From: Chiloscyllium plagiosum
Lineage: Eukaryota
Reading direction: 5' to 3'
DNA: 20,000 nt
Assembly (NCBI RefSeq): GCF_004010195.1
Contig: NC_057719.1
Span: forward strand, 33,485,866-33,505,865
The position numbers and the translations under genes are program-made. This document shows, in pieces, positions 18,752-20,000 of the stretch. How positions within the stretch are numbered: position 1 is the stretch's first letter; each line of letters begins with the position of its first letter. The notes under the pieces are model-generated. The model worked only from the letters and a program-made list of their open reading frames with translations. It made no database searches and was not told the DNA's origin.

Positions 18752-20000
18752 AAATTAAACTGCATTTATTTCAATGCAAAGGGCCTAACAGGGAAGGCAG
18801 ATGAACTCAGGGCATGGTTAGGAACATGGGACTAGGATATCATAGCAATTACGGAAACATGGCTCAGGGATGGGCAGGACTGGCACTGAATGTTCCAGGA
18901 TACAAATGCTACAGGAAGGATAGGAAGTGAGGCAAGACAGGAGGGGAGTGGCATTTTTGATAAGGGATAGTATTACAGCTGTGCTGAGGGAGGATATTCC
19001 CAGAAATACATCCAGGGAAGTTATTTGGGTGGAACTGAGAAATAAGAAATGGATGATCACCTTATTGGGATTGTATGATAGACCCCCTAATAGTCAGAGG
19101 GAAATTGAGAAACAAACTTGTAAGGAGATCTCAGCTATCTGTAAGAATAATAGGGTGGTTATGGTAGGGGATTTTAACTTTCCAAACATAGATTGGGACT
19201 GCCATAGTGTTAAAAGTTTAGATGGAGAGGTATTTGTTAAGTGCATACAAGACAATTTTCTGATTCAGTATGTGGATGTAGGTGCAAAACTTGACCTACT
19301 CTTGGGAAGTAAGGCAGGGCAGGTGACTGAGGTCTCAGTGGGGGAGCACTTTGGAGCCAGCGATCATAATTCTATTCGTTTTAAAATAGTGATGGAAAAG
19401 GATAGACAAGATCAAAAAGTTGAAGTTCTAAATTGGAGAAAGGCCAATTTTGACAGTGTTAGGCAAGAACTTTTGAAAGCTGATTGGAGGCAGATGTTTG
19501 CAGGTAAAGGGATGGCTGGAAAATGGGAAGCCTTCAGAAATGAGATAACAAGAATCCAGAGAAAGTGTATTCCTATCAGGGTGAAACAAAAGGCCGGTAG
19601 GTATAGGGAATGCTGGATGACTAAAGAAATTGAGGGTTTGGTTAAGAAAAAGAAGGAAGCATATGTAAGATATAGACAGGAGAGATCAAGTGAAGCCTCA
19701 GAAGAGTATAAAGACAGTAGGAGTATACTTAAGAGGGAAATCAGGAGGGCAAAAAAGGGGACATGAGATAACTTTTGCAAATAGAATTAAGGAGAATCCA
19801 AAGGGTTTTTACAAATATATTAAGGACAAAAGGGCAACTAGGAGAGAATAGGTCCCCTCAAAGATCAGCAAGGCGGCCTTTGTGTGGAGCCACAGAAAAT
19901 GGGGGAGATGCTAAATGAATATTTTGCATCAGTATTTATTGTGGAAAAGGATATGGAAGATTTGGACTGTAGGGAAATAGATGGTGACATCTTGCAAAAT
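18752..20000 (+). pseudogene. CR1 ORF2 apurinic-like endonuclease domain and linker, disrupted
   Basis: LNCIYFNAKGL, IAITETWL, YDRPPNS, MVGDFNFPNIDW, LDLLL, GASDHNSI, LNWRKANF motifs. Stop at 18833-18835 and frameshifts near 18890, 18930 and 19760. Confidence 0.92.

Larger units (their letters stand above)
18134..20000 (+). mobile_element. 5'-truncated CR1 LINE: ORF1 C-terminus plus ORF2 N-terminus; continues beyond the window
   Basis: ORF1 esterase remnant followed by ORF2 APE endonuclease remnant, both with stops or frameshifts. Confidence 0.93.

Noticed and set aside
18927..19766. 279-aa ORF as a functional host gene
   Set aside because: It is an internal piece of CR1 ORF2 endonuclease bounded by stops and frameshifts, with no sign of domestication.

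Overview
AT-rich, repeat-dense vertebrate genomic DNA with no intact long ORF. The repeats (HE1-type tRNA-derived SINEs, many CR1/HER1-type LINE fragments, Penelope-like element ends) point to a cartilaginous fish, probably a shark; this is inferred from repeat recognition, not a database search. Roughly 40% of the window is decayed retroelements: about seven CR1 fragments (including a 5'-truncated ORF1-esterase/ORF2-endonuclease piece running off the right end), three HE1-like SINEs, older SINE and L2 remnants, and two or three families of short Penelope-like (PLE) termini. The most notable signals are (i) hammerhead-ribozyme cores in the PLE termini, one with an intact catalytic core at 10202-10236 (-) and several degenerate copies in fold-back arrangements; (ii) a 57-bp PLE-like tail flanked by a 104-bp near-perfect direct duplication inside CR1 ORF1; (iii) several nested or templated insertions; and (iv) a set of plus-strand candidate exons of an unidentified gene or lncRNA, one starting at an AG|GTGAG recursive-splice-like junction. 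Most ORFs in the supplied track are TE remnants or chance.
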